Source: a virus
Lineage: Duplodnaviria > Caudoviricetes
Length of the DNA stretch: 64,000 bases
Direction: 5' to 3' (one strand)
IMG/VR virus record: IMGVR_UViG_3300025102_000021
Coordinates: 784-64,783 of that record
This document shows, piece by piece, positions 1 through 9,101 of this stretch (the stretch's first letter is position 1; the number at the start of each line of letters is the position of its first letter). The notes under the pieces were generated by a model. The model did not search any database. It was not told where the DNA came from and was given only the letters and a program-made list of their open reading frames with translations. The position numbers and the translations under genes were made by a program.

Positions 1-669
1 ATACTACAAAGCCTCAAGCCTTTCTTTCAAGATAACCCTGATGTTATACTCGATGGCGAGCTATACAACCACGCGTTACGCGATAACTTCGAAAAGATTA
101 TATCTTGTGTACGTAAACAAAAGCCAACAGATATTCAAAGAGCTGAGTCACGTAAACTTGTACAGTTTCATTGCTACGATATTGTAGATGAAACTATGAC
201 GTTTGAAGATCGTTGTAACTTTGTGTTTACTAACTTAAGAGATGCTTACGGTGTTAGAACTGTTGCAACTACTAAAGGTATATGCAGCAACGATCAAGCT
301 CATGCTTTTCACGATCTTTATCTAAAAGATGGCTACGAAGGCTCTATACTGCGTCTAAACACTGAATACCAATGCAAGCGTTCACATAGCCTACGCAAGT
401 TCAAAGACTTTCACGATGCCGAAGCTGTAATCACAGACTGGGTTGAAGGTAAAGGCAAACGTAAAGGCACGATCGGCAAGTTTATGGCTATCGATGCTGA
501 CGGTAATACTTTCGGTATGCCAGTTATGGACAATTTCAAAAAGTTACAAACAATGTTCAAAGAAATGCAAGGTTGGGTTGGCAAAGAAGCTACGTTCACA
601 TACTTCGAGCGTACAAAAGCTAACTCATACAGACACCCTTTGTTCAAAGCAATACGTGATTATGAGTAG
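1..669 (+). CDS. ATP-dependent DNA ligase (5'-truncated by window edge)
   Basis: Frame 1 is open from base 1 (ILQSLKPFFQDNPDVILDGELYNH). Ligase motifs LDGEL, EGSILR and KRSHSLRKFK, plus a C-terminal OB fold (RHPLFKAIR). Confidence 0.9.
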   Translation: MLQSLKPFFQDNPDVILDGELYNHALRDNFEKIISCVRKQKPTDIQRAESRKLVQFHCYDIVDETMTFEDRCNFVFTNLRDAYGVRTVATTKGICSNDQAHAFHDLYLKDGYEGSILRLNTEYQCKRSHSLRKFKDFHDAEAVITDWVEGKGKRKGTIGKFMAIDADGNTFGMPVMDNFKKLQTMFKEMQGWVGKEATFTYFERTKANSYRHPLFKAIRDYE

Positions 670-787
670 AACAGCATGTGATGCAGAAACTCCACACTGT
701 GAGTTCTGCGAAAGACCAATGACGACCATAGAACACGAGTTCTGTGATATATGTGATGAATGTAGAGAAGAAAACGAACTAGATTAA
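662..787 (+). CDS. Small Cys-rich zinc-ribbon protein (41 aa)
   Basis: ATG at 662 overlaps the ligase end. CEFC...CDICDEC. The longer 443 start is a shadow of the ligase. Confidence 0.55.
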   Translation: MSRTACDAETPHCEFCERPMTTIEHEFCDICDECREENELD

Positions 788-789
788 CT

Positions 790-1272
790 ATGAATATATT
801 TTATTTACACCAAGACCCAAACAAAGCGGCAAGACTACAGTATAATAAACACGTAGTCAAGATGATACTTGAGTCAGCTCAAATGTTATGCACGGCTCAC
901 CACGAAACATATCCATCAGATGATATACCTTACAAGAAAGCTCACGTAAACCACCCGTCTACAATATGGACTAGACAAAGTTTACAGCATTATTATTGGT
1001 TATACGATCACATGATGGCTCTTGGTGATGAGTATACAAAAAGATATAATAAAAAACATCTTAGTATTATTAAGTGTGCTGAGATATTATCTGATGCACC
1101 GCGAGGTATGAGAAACAAACCATTTGAGCAACCTCCACAGTGTATGCCAGATGAATACAAAGATGAATGTAGTATCCAAGCGTATTGGAATTATTACATA
1201 GGCGAAAAGAAACAAATAGCAAACCTAAAAACCGAAACATTATATGAAGAAAGACCTGAAACAACGTATTAA
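790..1272 (+). CDS. Pyrimidine-dimer DNA glycosylase-like (T4 DenV/Pyr_excise-like) protein
   Basis: MNIFYL...KHVVKMILESAQML...HVNHPSTIW...EYTKRYNKKH...PPQCMPDEYK family signature. Confidence 0.75.
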   Translation: MNIFYLHQDPNKAARLQYNKHVVKMILESAQMLCTAHHETYPSDDIPYKKAHVNHPSTIWTRQSLQHYYWLYDHMMALGDEYTKRYNKKHLSIIKCAEILSDAPRGMRNKPFEQPPQCMPDEYKDECSIQAYWNYYIGEKKQIANLKTETLYEERPETTY

Positions 1273-1402
1273 GGAATTTAATAAAATTAAATTTCCTAAT
1301 GATAATTCAAAAAGAATTATTGTGGCTAAGCTTACGACTAACAGCGGTAGGGTTTGGTCGGTAGACGACAGTGTGACAAAAGCCCCTAATAAGAATAAGT
1401 AA
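1244..1402 (+). CDS. Hypothetical protein (52 aa)
   Basis: Hand-translated MKKDLKQRIKEF...NKNK. Fills the gap between co-oriented genes. Confidence 0.4.
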   Translation: MKKDLKQRIKEFNKIKFPNDNSKRIIVAKLTTNSGRVWSVDDSVTKAPNKNK

Positions 1403-1421
1403 TAGGCTAATGTCACAGTTT
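1370..1421. promoter_or_regulatory. TGTGACA-N32-TGTCACA dyad, copy 1 (overlaps start codon of the 207-aa HTH gene)
   Basis: AGTGTGACAAAAGCCCCT...TAATAGGCTAATGTCACAGTTT, with a closely matching copy at 56032-56085. Confidence 0.7.
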
Positions 1422-2033
1422 GAACGTAATATGGAGGTGTTAAACAGGCATCGACTAATTTATATTAGGCCTCCTATAAAAGATAAACCTACCGAGGTAT
1501 ACGACTGGGGTAGCTATTATGATTATGGTACTCACGAACACTACGCGTTGTTTAAGAGCAAAGCTAAAATTACGACTTATAAGTCTCTTAAATGGCACCT
1601 GCTAGTTTTGTGGTACCTTAATCCCCAGCTTGATCAAGATGACTTTGAAAATATAGCAAAACAAATCGTTACAAAAGAAAACGGTTTTGTTACTTTCAAG
1701 GTGTCTGATCAGTTACTCAAGTCTATTATATATGAGGTTAGTATGTGTGATTTAGAAAGTCCGCCTGTTAATAAAGCTCGTAAAATAATATTTAATTGGA
1801 ACTGTGGTTTATCTGCAGAAGAAAAATTAAGTATTGTAGGTCAAATGGTTGGTCGATCTAAAAAGATTAATCCTGATGACGTCTACAGCGTTATGTTACA
1901 ATTGCATGACGATAATAAAAAGATTACAATAGGATCGATCTCTGCAGCTCTAAACGTGTCTACACGTACTGTACATCGTAACATGCCAAATGAACTAAAA
2001 AAAGAAAAAGAACTTTTAAACCAACAATTATAA
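1410..2033 (+). CDS. Putative replication-initiator/origin-binding protein with C-terminal HTH
   Basis: C-terminal HTH (ITIGSISAALNVSTRTVHR). The helical middle is reminiscent of Rep/PriCT domains (inference). Confidence 0.5.
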   Translation: MSQFERNMEVLNRHRLIYIRPPIKDKPTEVYDWGSYYDYGTHEHYALFKSKAKITTYKSLKWHLLVLWYLNPQLDQDDFENIAKQIVTKENGFVTFKVSDQLLKSIIYEVSMCDLESPPVNKARKIIFNWNCGLSAEEKLSIVGQMVGRSKKINPDDVYSVMLQLHDDNKKITIGSISAALNVSTRTVHRNMPNELKKEKELLNQQL

Positions 2034-2782
2034 TGAAGAACTACGATAACTATAATTACTCTAGATATAAAGCTGATATTAAATCTAATATGCCTGAAGG
2101 TAAGTTTTGGGACGAATATACTAGAGATGAACTTATAATTAAGTTTTTACCCCTTGTAGAAAACATTGCAAGAAAGTTTTCAACTTCAGATTCAGCAATC
2201 GGAGTAATGAACATAACTGATTTAATAGCTATGGGTCACGTTGGTTTAATACAAGCTGTAGATAAAATACAATGGAAACAAATATTTGATTCAAAAGATC
2301 CTGAGCGAACGCTTAAATCTTACTTAGCTAAACGTATACGTGGTGCTATTAGAAGATCAACTGACACAAACAGATCTCCAATGCGTATACCTGAACATAA
2401 GCTAAATGATATACGTAAAGGCTTTGAAGATGACCCTGACAAGCAAGCTATGTTTTATAACTCTATGTTTCAAAGTATTGACGAACCAGTTCAAGAAGAC
2501 ATGTTTGTTCAGCTTGAAGACGAATCAAAAGATCCTTTGTTAAAAGAAAAATTAGCTTATAAGATTAGAGATTTAATGCTAAAGCATTTAACAGACAGAG
2601 AGTACAACGTGCTAAAACTTAGCTTTGGGCTAGACTGTGACAAGCTTTCTGCTAAACAAATTGCTGAAAAACTAAACATGAAAGGCTCTAGCTCTTACGT
2701 TAGAGTTTCACAGCTAAAAAGACAAGCAATAAACAAACTAAAAAATGTAATGAACTACTCGCAAGTGGTTGATTACCTGTAG
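2033..2782 (+). CDS. Phage sigma-70 family RNA polymerase sigma factor
   Basis: Region 2 (LPLVENIARK, DLIAMGHVGLIQAVDK, YLAKRIRGAI), MRIP, region 4 HTH (LTDREYNVLKLSFGL...LSAKQIAEKL...VRVSQLKRQAINKLK). Confidence 0.93.
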   Translation: MKNYDNYNYSRYKADIKSNMPEGKFWDEYTRDELIIKFLPLVENIARKFSTSDSAIGVMNITDLIAMGHVGLIQAVDKIQWKQIFDSKDPERTLKSYLAKRIRGAIRRSTDTNRSPMRIPEHKLNDIRKGFEDDPDKQAMFYNSMFQSIDEPVQEDMFVQLEDESKDPLLKEKLAYKIRDLMLKHLTDREYNVLKLSFGLDCDKLSAKQIAEKLNMKGSSSYVRVSQLKRQAINKLKNVMNYSQVVDYL

Positions 2783-2810
2783 GTTAGAAATTAAATTACA
2801 CAAAAGTTGT

Positions 2811-2819
2811 GTGATTATA
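2811..2819 (+). promoter_or_regulatory. Putative middle/late promoter element GTGATTATA
   Basis: Intergenic, upstream of the ERF operon. One mismatch to the GTRATAATA motif upstream of late genes. Confidence 0.4.
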
Positions 2820-2842
2820 TATATAACTAAACCATATACCAG

Positions 2843-3391
2843 ATGACAGAATTAACTAAAAAACTAGCTGATGTTCAGACTAAGTTAAAAGCAAAAAAGT
2901 CTTCGTATAATAGCTTTGGTAAATACTATTTTCGTAAAGCTGAAGACATTCTTGAAGGTGTAAAACCTTTTTTATTACAACACAATATTTACGTTACGGT
3001 GTCAGAAGAGCTAATCGCTACAGATCCAGTTCCAATGATAAAAACTACCGCTACAATTAGTGACGGTAAAGATTCAATACACGCTACAGCTGTAGTTGGT
3101 GTTGATATGCAGCAAAAAGGTATGCAGACTGCTCAACAGTTTGGTGCAGCCTCTACGTATGCTAAAAAATATGCTCTCGGTAATTTATTCTTAATTGATG
3201 ATACTGAAGATGCTGACGCTACAAATACTCACGGTAAAGGCCCTGCCGCCAAAGCTACAGCTAAACCTAAAGCTAAAATAACAAAAGAACAGATGGCTAA
3301 AGCTATTGAGTTTGTTAAAGGCGGCGGATCAGTCGACGCTATTAAAAAGAAATACACATTAACTGATGCTCAAATAAAACAATTAGCATAA
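2843..3391 (+). CDS. ERF-family single-strand annealing protein
   Basis: KSSYNSFGKYYFR...AQQFGAASTYAKKYALGNLFLIDDTEDAD ERF signature. Confidence 0.9.
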   Translation: MTELTKKLADVQTKLKAKKSSYNSFGKYYFRKAEDILEGVKPFLLQHNIYVTVSEELIATDPVPMIKTTATISDGKDSIHATAVVGVDMQQKGMQTAQQFGAASTYAKKYALGNLFLIDDTEDADATNTHGKGPAAKATAKPKAKITKEQMAKAIEFVKGGGSVDAIKKKYTLTDAQIKQLA

Positions 3392-4122
3392 TGAAAGAAA
3401 TCCTAGAAAAACTAAGAGACGACGAGCACTATTACGGTAAGTTTGGTCAACAGTTCTTAAGCAACTCTGACATATCGACTCTGTTAAAAAATCCTAAAGA
3501 CCTGCATAAACCCAAACCTAGTAGTCCGGCGTTCTTAGTTGGAGGATATTTTCATACTGCAATATTAGAACCTGACAAGCTAAAGAGTTTTAAAATAGTT
3601 GAAGCCTCAACCCGTAACACAAAAGCCTATAAAGAAATATCTAACGGCGAATTGTGCTTACTAAAACATGAGGTTGATCAAATAGAGCTAATGACTCAAG
3701 CTGTCATGGACAACGATGTTTGTAGAGACTTGATTAAACCTATATTAGGTCAAGTTGAATACGAAGAGCCACGAGTCGCAAAGATATGCGATCAAATGTG
3801 GAAAGGCAAAGCTGATATAATTAACCACGAAGATAAACTTGTAATTGATCTTAAAACTACTAGTGATATAGATAAGTTTCAATGGTCTGCTAGCAAGTAT
3901 AATTATGATAGCCAAGCTTATATCTACAGCACTTTATTTGGTTACGAGATGTTATTTATGGTAATAGATAAAACAACTCATCAAATAGGTCTGTTTGATT
4001 GCTCGCCTGAGTTTTATAAACGCGGCGAAGATAAAGTACGTAAAGCTTGTGATGCGTACGAACTGTTTTACAACACAGAAAATTTTGACCACAAGCAACA
4101 TTTATTAACTAAAACCCTATAA
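3391..4122 (+). CDS. RecE-like PD-(D/E)XK exonuclease
   Basis: LSNSDI, GGYFHTAILEP, KGKADII...IDLKTT...YNYDSQAYIY. Paired with ERF. Confidence 0.85.
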   Translation: MKEILEKLRDDEHYYGKFGQQFLSNSDISTLLKNPKDLHKPKPSSPAFLVGGYFHTAILEPDKLKSFKIVEASTRNTKAYKEISNGELCLLKHEVDQIELMTQAVMDNDVCRDLIKPILGQVEYEEPRVAKICDQMWKGKADIINHEDKLVIDLKTTSDIDKFQWSASKYNYDSQAYIYSTLFGYEMLFMVIDKTTHQIGLFDCSPEFYKRGEDKVRKACDAYELFYNTENFDHKQHLLTKTL

Positions 4123-4126
4123 ACCT

Positions 4127-4318
4127 ATGCCTAGAGCAAAAATGAAAACCTGTTCAATATCAGGTAAGAAATTTAAAGCAAACAATGATAACTTTTATCA
4201 CAGCAGCACATCTGCTGACAGTTTACACCCTTATCACAAATCTTTTGATAACTTCAGAAGAACAACTGGTGCTACTGTAGAACAATGTAGAAATTTAGTT
4301 AACCTAATAAATTCCTAA
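4127..4318 (+). CDS. Hypothetical protein
   Basis: 63-aa ORF within the operon. Confidence 0.65.
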   Translation: MPRAKMKTCSISGKKFKANNDNFYHSSTSADSLHPYHKSFDNFRRTTGATVEQCRNLVNLINS

Positions 4319-4321
4319 ACT

Positions 4322-4630
4322 ATGGCAAGTATTATTAAAACGTCCATCAATCTCAATGAGATACCAAAGGACAAAATCATTAACGGTAAAAAAGGTAAAT
4401 ACTTACCTATATCAATTACTATTAACGATGAACCAGATCAGTTTGGCAATCAAGGTCCAGTGATTGTAGAACAGACAAAAGAAGAGCGTGAAGCTAAAAC
4501 GGCTAAGACATACCTCGGTAATGTTAAGGTTGTATGGACTAACGGCAACAACGTCGACACAGCGCCACGCGATAACATGCAAGCAGCTCCAGCTCCGGCT
4601 CCAGTTGCTGAAGATGATCTGCCGTTCTAG
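4322..4630 (+). CDS. Putative single-stranded DNA-binding protein
   Basis: Beta-rich core, Pro/Ala linker and acidic EDDLPF tail. Lies next to the helicase. Confidence 0.7.
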   Translation: MASIIKTSINLNEIPKDKIINGKKGKYLPISITINDEPDQFGNQGPVIVEQTKEEREAKTAKTYLGNVKVVWTNGNNVDTAPRDNMQAAPAPAPVAEDDLPF

Positions 4631-6352
4631 ATGAATGTAGAAGACAGAGAGATCAATGGATTTTTGATTGATGAGTTCAATCAACATGACCTAGAAGTTG
4701 GGAAAACGCAGGGTATATGCCCTTCGTGCTCTCACACTAGGAAACCTGAGAATAAGAAAGCTAAATGTGCTTCTTATGATTGGGAACGTGGTCTCGGCAC
4801 CTGTCACAATTGTGATACTAGTTTTCAACTGCACACGTATCAGCGTAAAGGCGCTAGTGATAAGGTCTATGTTAGGCCTCAGCACGAAGTTGCAATTACA
4901 ATACCTGACTCTAAAGTTGTTGACTGGTTTGCAGACAGAGGTATTTCAAAGCAAACTCTACAGGATCTTCGAGTTACTGAAGGTCCTGAGTTTATGCCTC
5001 AGACGGGTAAGTCAGAGAATACAATTCAATTTAACTATTTCATCAGCGATCAATTGATTAATGTCAAGTATCGCGATGGTCGTAAGAATTTTAAATTATA
5101 CAAGGGCGCTGAAAAGATATTTTATAATATCAACAGTATTGTAGGTTATGATTCTTGTATTATAGTTGAAGGTGAAATGGATGTGCTTGCAATGCACGAA
5201 GCGGGAATAAAAAACGTAATATCTGTGCCCAACGGTGCTACGTTGAATTCAAACAACCTCGATTACTTAGATAATTGCATCGACTATTTTGAAGACAAAA
5301 CTAAAGTTGTATTAGCGGTAGACGCTGATGAAGCTGGCCAAGCTCTTAAACAAGAGTTTATACGTAGGCTAGGTGCTGAAGTTTGTCATTTGGTCGACTT
5401 CGAGGATTGTAAAGACGCAAACGATTATTTAGTTAAGTACGGTAAGGACAAGCTACGAGATGCTATACACGCCGCAAAGCAAGTCCCCCTTGAAGGTGTT
5501 TCAACATTAAGAGATATAGAAGATGAGCTTGTTGACTTTGTTAAAAACGGTTTTAAACCTGGGTTCCAGATCGGTATTGAAAACTTTGATAAAATATTCA
5601 GCACATACACTGGTCAGTTTATTACTGTTACTGGCATCCCTAGTTCTGGTAAGTCTGACTTTGTTGATCAAATGTGCGTGGGATATAATAAAAACTACGG
5701 CTGGAAGACTGCATTTGCTAGTCCTGAAAATCAGCCAACGTATCTACACGCTCACAAGCTAATGCGTAAGGTTTGGATGGATATGCCATCACCCGGTGAT
5801 ATTGGTGGTAGCAAATGGAATCAAGTCGCTGATCACGTTAACGACAACTTCTATTTTATTGACATGGATAAATACTCGCTTGAAGCTGTATTGCGCAAAG
5901 GCGCCGAGCTTGTAAAGCGTAAGGGTATTAAATGCCTTGTTATTGATCCATTTAATAAAGTTAGAGACGTTAACGCTAGCTCTGATGATGTTAACCGTTA
6001 TACACTTGAGTATCTACAAAAGATCGAAGTGTTTGCTAAGAAGTTTGATGTATTAGTTATTGTCGTAGCTCACCCTACTAAAATGTACAAAGGCCAAGAT
6101 GGTAAAATCGAAGAGCCTACGATGTACAATATTAAAGGTGGTGGTGAATGGTACGATGCTAGTTATCATGGCTTGTTAGTTCACAGAGATTATGAGGCTA
6201 AAACAGTTAAGGCTAAGGTCTTAAAAGTTAAGTTTCAAAACCTTGGTGAAAACGGTGCTGAAGCACATTTCCGATGGGAACCAAAGTCCGGTAGCTTTTT
6301 GCCTGCTCCCGATGCTGTAGCTCAAGATGAGCCTATGCCCTGGGAAGCTTAA
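4631..6352 (+). CDS. T7 gp4/Twinkle-like primase-helicase
   Basis: Zn finger CPSC...CHNC, TOPRIM (VEGEMD, DAD, KDAND), Walker A GIPSSGKS, VIDP, VAHPTK. Confidence 0.95.
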   Translation: MNVEDREINGFLIDEFNQHDLEVGKTQGICPSCSHTRKPENKKAKCASYDWERGLGTCHNCDTSFQLHTYQRKGASDKVYVRPQHEVAITIPDSKVVDWFADRGISKQTLQDLRVTEGPEFMPQTGKSENTIQFNYFISDQLINVKYRDGRKNFKLYKGAEKIFYNINSIVGYDSCIIVEGEMDVLAMHEAGIKNVISVPNGATLNSNNLDYLDNCIDYFEDKTKVVLAVDADEAGQALKQEFIRRLGAEVCHLVDFEDCKDANDYLVKYGKDKLRDAIHAAKQVPLEGVSTLRDIEDELVDFVKNGFKPGFQIGIENFDKIFSTYTGQFITVTGIPSSGKSDFVDQMCVGYNKNYGWKTAFASPENQPTYLHAHKLMRKVWMDMPSPGDIGGSKWNQVADHVNDNFYFIDMDKYSLEAVLRKGAELVKRKGIKCLVIDPFNKVRDVNASSDDVNRYTLEYLQKIEVFAKKFDVLVIVVAHPTKMYKGQDGKIEEPTMYNIKGGGEWYDASYHGLLVHRDYEAKTVKAKVLKVKFQNLGENGAEAHFRWEPKSGSFLPAPDAVAQDEPMPWEA

Positions 6353-6615
6353 TGGCAAAGCGTCGGCCTTTTAAACCCGGCTTTCGACCTCTTTCAAAAT
6401 TAGAATCTAAAATGATACAATGGTGTATTGACCACGGTATAGCTTGCTGTGTCGTGTGGGCTCAAGGTCACACAGGACCTGGACAAGAGTTCTGTGTTGA
6501 AATCATTATTAAAGGCAAATCAAATTTTAGCCCTAATTTTAAAAAGCAAGAAGTATTAGAAAAACAAGTTGAATATTATAAATACTACTATGACAAATAT
6601 AATAAAAGTTCTTGA
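6352..6615 (+). CDS. Hypothetical protein
   Basis: 87-aa ORF coupled by TAATG to the helicase. Confidence 0.65.
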   Translation: MAKRRPFKPGFRPLSKLESKMIQWCIDHGIACCVVWAQGHTGPGQEFCVEIIIKGKSNFSPNFKKQEVLEKQVEYYKYYYDKYNKSS

Positions 6616-6727
6616 TCACAAAACGATCGCAATGACCAAAGACGGTCAAACAAAAATAATTACTAAAAGAATCAGTACGTTAGGATTGAGTTCTTGGTAC
6701 AATATCAAAGGCGAAATATATGCTTAG
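6590..6727 (+). CDS. Hypothetical protein (45 aa)
   Basis: Hand-translated MTNIIKVLDHK...GEIYA. Overlaps both neighbours. Confidence 0.45.
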   Translation: MTNIIKVLDHKTIAMTKDGQTKIITKRISTLGLSSWYNIKGEIYA

Positions 6728-7406
6728 TCCTACAACTAAAACGTCCTTTAATTCTGCGTCAGAGGCGTACGATTATTGGTACTGGAAGTTGTTTCGTGAC
6801 GGTGAAGACTTTGGCAATACTAAAGCTCTATTTAATGTAGGCTTTTATATTACTAACCCAAAGAATAACTACATACTAAACAAAGATCGTAAGTGGTCAC
6901 AAGAGTATGCTGAAGCTGAATGGCAATGGTACTTATCTGGTGATCCTAACATATCAAAGCTTGGCGAGATATACGGTAAGGTTCCAGTTATATGGAGAAC
7001 AATGGCTGATAAATACGGCAATGTAAACTCTAACTATGGTTATCAGTGGAAACGTAGAGGCCAACTAGATAAAGTCATTAAAATGTTACGTAGTAACAAA
7101 GGCACTAGGCAAGCTGCAATATCCATATACGATGGTAAAGAGCAAGACTCTTATGATACAGATACGCCTTGCACTTATGCTGTACAGTTCACAGTTGTGG
7201 ACGATAAGCTTAATATGTCTGTTGTAATGCGTTCTAATGACATCTGGTACGGTTTCTGTAACGATCAGTACTGTTTTTCATCTTTACAAATGTTAGTTGC
7301 ATACGAGACAGGATATGACCTCGGTACATATTACCACTTTGCGCACAATCTACACTTGTATAATGATAAGCTACCTGAATTAAAAACTAGAAACTACCAC
7401 TTATGA
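6720..7406 (+). CDS. Thymidylate-synthase-fold enzyme, probably dCMP hydroxymethylase/methylase
   Basis: NSNYG, RQA, PC nucleophile (DTPCT), MRSNDIWYGFCND and NLHLY. Asp occupies the specificity position, as in T4 gp42. Confidence 0.8.
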   Translation: MLSPTTKTSFNSASEAYDYWYWKLFRDGEDFGNTKALFNVGFYITNPKNNYILNKDRKWSQEYAEAEWQWYLSGDPNISKLGEIYGKVPVIWRTMADKYGNVNSNYGYQWKRRGQLDKVIKMLRSNKGTRQAAISIYDGKEQDSYDTDTPCTYAVQFTVVDDKLNMSVVMRSNDIWYGFCNDQYCFSSLQMLVAYETGYDLGTYYHFAHNLHLYNDKLPELKTRNYHL

Positions 7407-8269
7407 TATATTGTATATACCACATACCAGGTAAAAAAGTTGGTGTAACCAACAACATAGAAGATAGAGTCGAACGTCAACAAGGCTACGAGCCTCATGA
7501 GTACGAAATAATAGAAATGTCTGACGATATAAGTTATATATCAGACAGAGAAGTATTTTGGCAAAAAGCTTTTGGTTACAAAGTTGACAGACAACTCTAC
7601 AAAAACTTATTTACTAACAATAAAACAAAATTAAATACTATGAAAATAAATATAACAGAGGCAACAACTACATTCCCTTGCCCTATAAACAAATTGAAAG
7701 GCCAGTTGATGGATCAAATGGGTATGCAGTGGGAAACAAGCCATGGCAAGTTTACTATAACACACCCAACTGTAAACTGGATAATGGCTAACGCTAAGGT
7801 ATCGATGTACAATAATGAAAGGTGCTACATATACAACAAGGCTATGTCTAAGTTCTACGATAAAGACCCACACAGAAATATTATAATTGGCAAAACACAT
7901 CAAGCTGATCTTGAAAGAATAAATGAAAAGCATTTTAACAAAGAAGCTTGCGAAACGCCTTGCGGTGATTGTGGTGAGAATATATTTGAATGTATCAGAG
8001 AGTGGGCCGACGAAAGAGGTCTATACGACAAAGGCGATCCAAAGACTCAATATATAAAACTAATGGAAGAGACTGGTGAAATTGGTAGAGCTATACTTAA
8101 AAATGATACTGACGAAATAATAGATGGTATTGGTGATGCTGTGGTTGTACTAACTAACTTAGCTGAGCTTATTGGCGTACCTATTGAAGAGTGTATACAA
8201 GAAGCTTATAACGTTATTAGTAAGCGTAAAGGTAAAATGATCAACGGAACATTTGTAAAAAATAACTAA
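7403..8269 (+). CDS. GIY-YIG-like N-terminal domain fused to MazG-like NTP pyrophosphohydrolase
   Basis: N-term IYCIYH...KVGVTNNIEDR. C-term KLMEETGEI...EIIDGIGD MazG motif. Confidence 0.8.
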   Translation: MIYCIYHIPGKKVGVTNNIEDRVERQQGYEPHEYEIIEMSDDISYISDREVFWQKAFGYKVDRQLYKNLFTNNKTKLNTMKINITEATTTFPCPINKLKGQLMDQMGMQWETSHGKFTITHPTVNWIMANAKVSMYNNERCYIYNKAMSKFYDKDPHRNIIIGKTHQADLERINEKHFNKEACETPCGDCGENIFECIREWADERGLYDKGDPKTQYIKLMEETGEIGRAILKNDTDEIIDGIGDAVVVLTNLAELIGVPIEECIQEAYNVISKRKGKMINGTFVKNN

Positions 8270-8270
8270 T

Positions 8271-8537
8271 ATGACAGAGCAAACAATTAAATTTAGAGAT
8301 CCAGTAGTCAAAAACGTTGTCAACAAGTTTGTTAAACGTTCTGACGTAGGCTTTGAAAAGTATGGCCAAACATTAGATACTGAACGTACAACTGGTATGA
8401 AAGACCTAGTAGGTTATCTTGAAGATGTACAAGAAGAACTAATGGATGCAATACTGTATATTCAAGCTGCACGCGAAGAGCTTAGAGACTTATCTGAAGA
8501 AGCTTTAATCAAGAAGTTCGATGAAGAAGAGATCTAA
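8271..8537 (+). CDS. Small all-alpha nucleotide pyrophosphatase-like protein
   Basis: KRSDVGFEKYG...LEDVQEELMDAILY (acidic EExxD helix). Adjacent to MazG. Confidence 0.55.
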   Translation: MTEQTIKFRDPVVKNVVNKFVKRSDVGFEKYGQTLDTERTTGMKDLVGYLEDVQEELMDAILYIQAAREELRDLSEEALIKKFDEEEI

Positions 8538-8964
8538 AAAGCGTGGTCCTGTTAGAGCTAAAAAAGTTAGACAGGACGGTATTAACTTTGCTTCAGGGCT
8601 AGAGCGATATATGTATCTGGCCCTTAAAAAAGCAAAGATCAAAGCTGCATACGAAGGTGAAACCTACGTCGTGCAAGAAGGCTTTGAGTTTACTCAAGCA
8701 GCTTACGAAAAACAGTCTAATGGTAAAGGTGAATATAAAAACAGAGGTAATAAAAAAATACTACCTGTTAGATACACTCCAGACTTTGTGGCCGATACAT
8801 TTATTATTGAGTGTAAAGGCCGAGCAAACGAAAGTTTTCCAATGCGATGGAAAATGTTTAAAAAGTACGTAAAAGAGAATTTACCACATGTAACTTTATA
8901 TAAACCTCAAAATCAGAAGGACTGCGACGAAACTATTAAATTAATCCAAAATCAAGATAAATGA
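8521..8964 (+). CDS. T7 endonuclease I-like nuclease/resolvase
   Basis: FASGLE...RYTPDF...IIECKG. Confidence 0.8.
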   Translation: MKKRSKKRGPVRAKKVRQDGINFASGLERYMYLALKKAKIKAAYEGETYVVQEGFEFTQAAYEKQSNGKGEYKNRGNKKILPVRYTPDFVADTFIIECKGRANESFPMRWKMFKKYVKENLPHVTLYKPQNQKDCDETIKLIQNQDK

Positions 8965-9098
8965 AAGAATGGGAATTAAGTTTCGGTACATTTCCGGGAC
9001 TACTGTTTGGTGTTAGAACATACCAAGAGCAATACAAGACGAATCACGTATTATACGTAGGATTCTTAGACGCATGTTTAACTATTTATAAAAACTAA
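8961..9098 (+). CDS. Hypothetical protein (45 aa)
   Basis: Hand-translated MKEWELSFGTFPGLLFG...IYKN. ATGA overlap with the upstream stop. Confidence 0.6.
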   Translation: MKEWELSFGTFPGLLFGVRTYQEQYKTNHVLYVGFLDACLTIYKN

Positions 9099-9101
9099 TC
9101 A

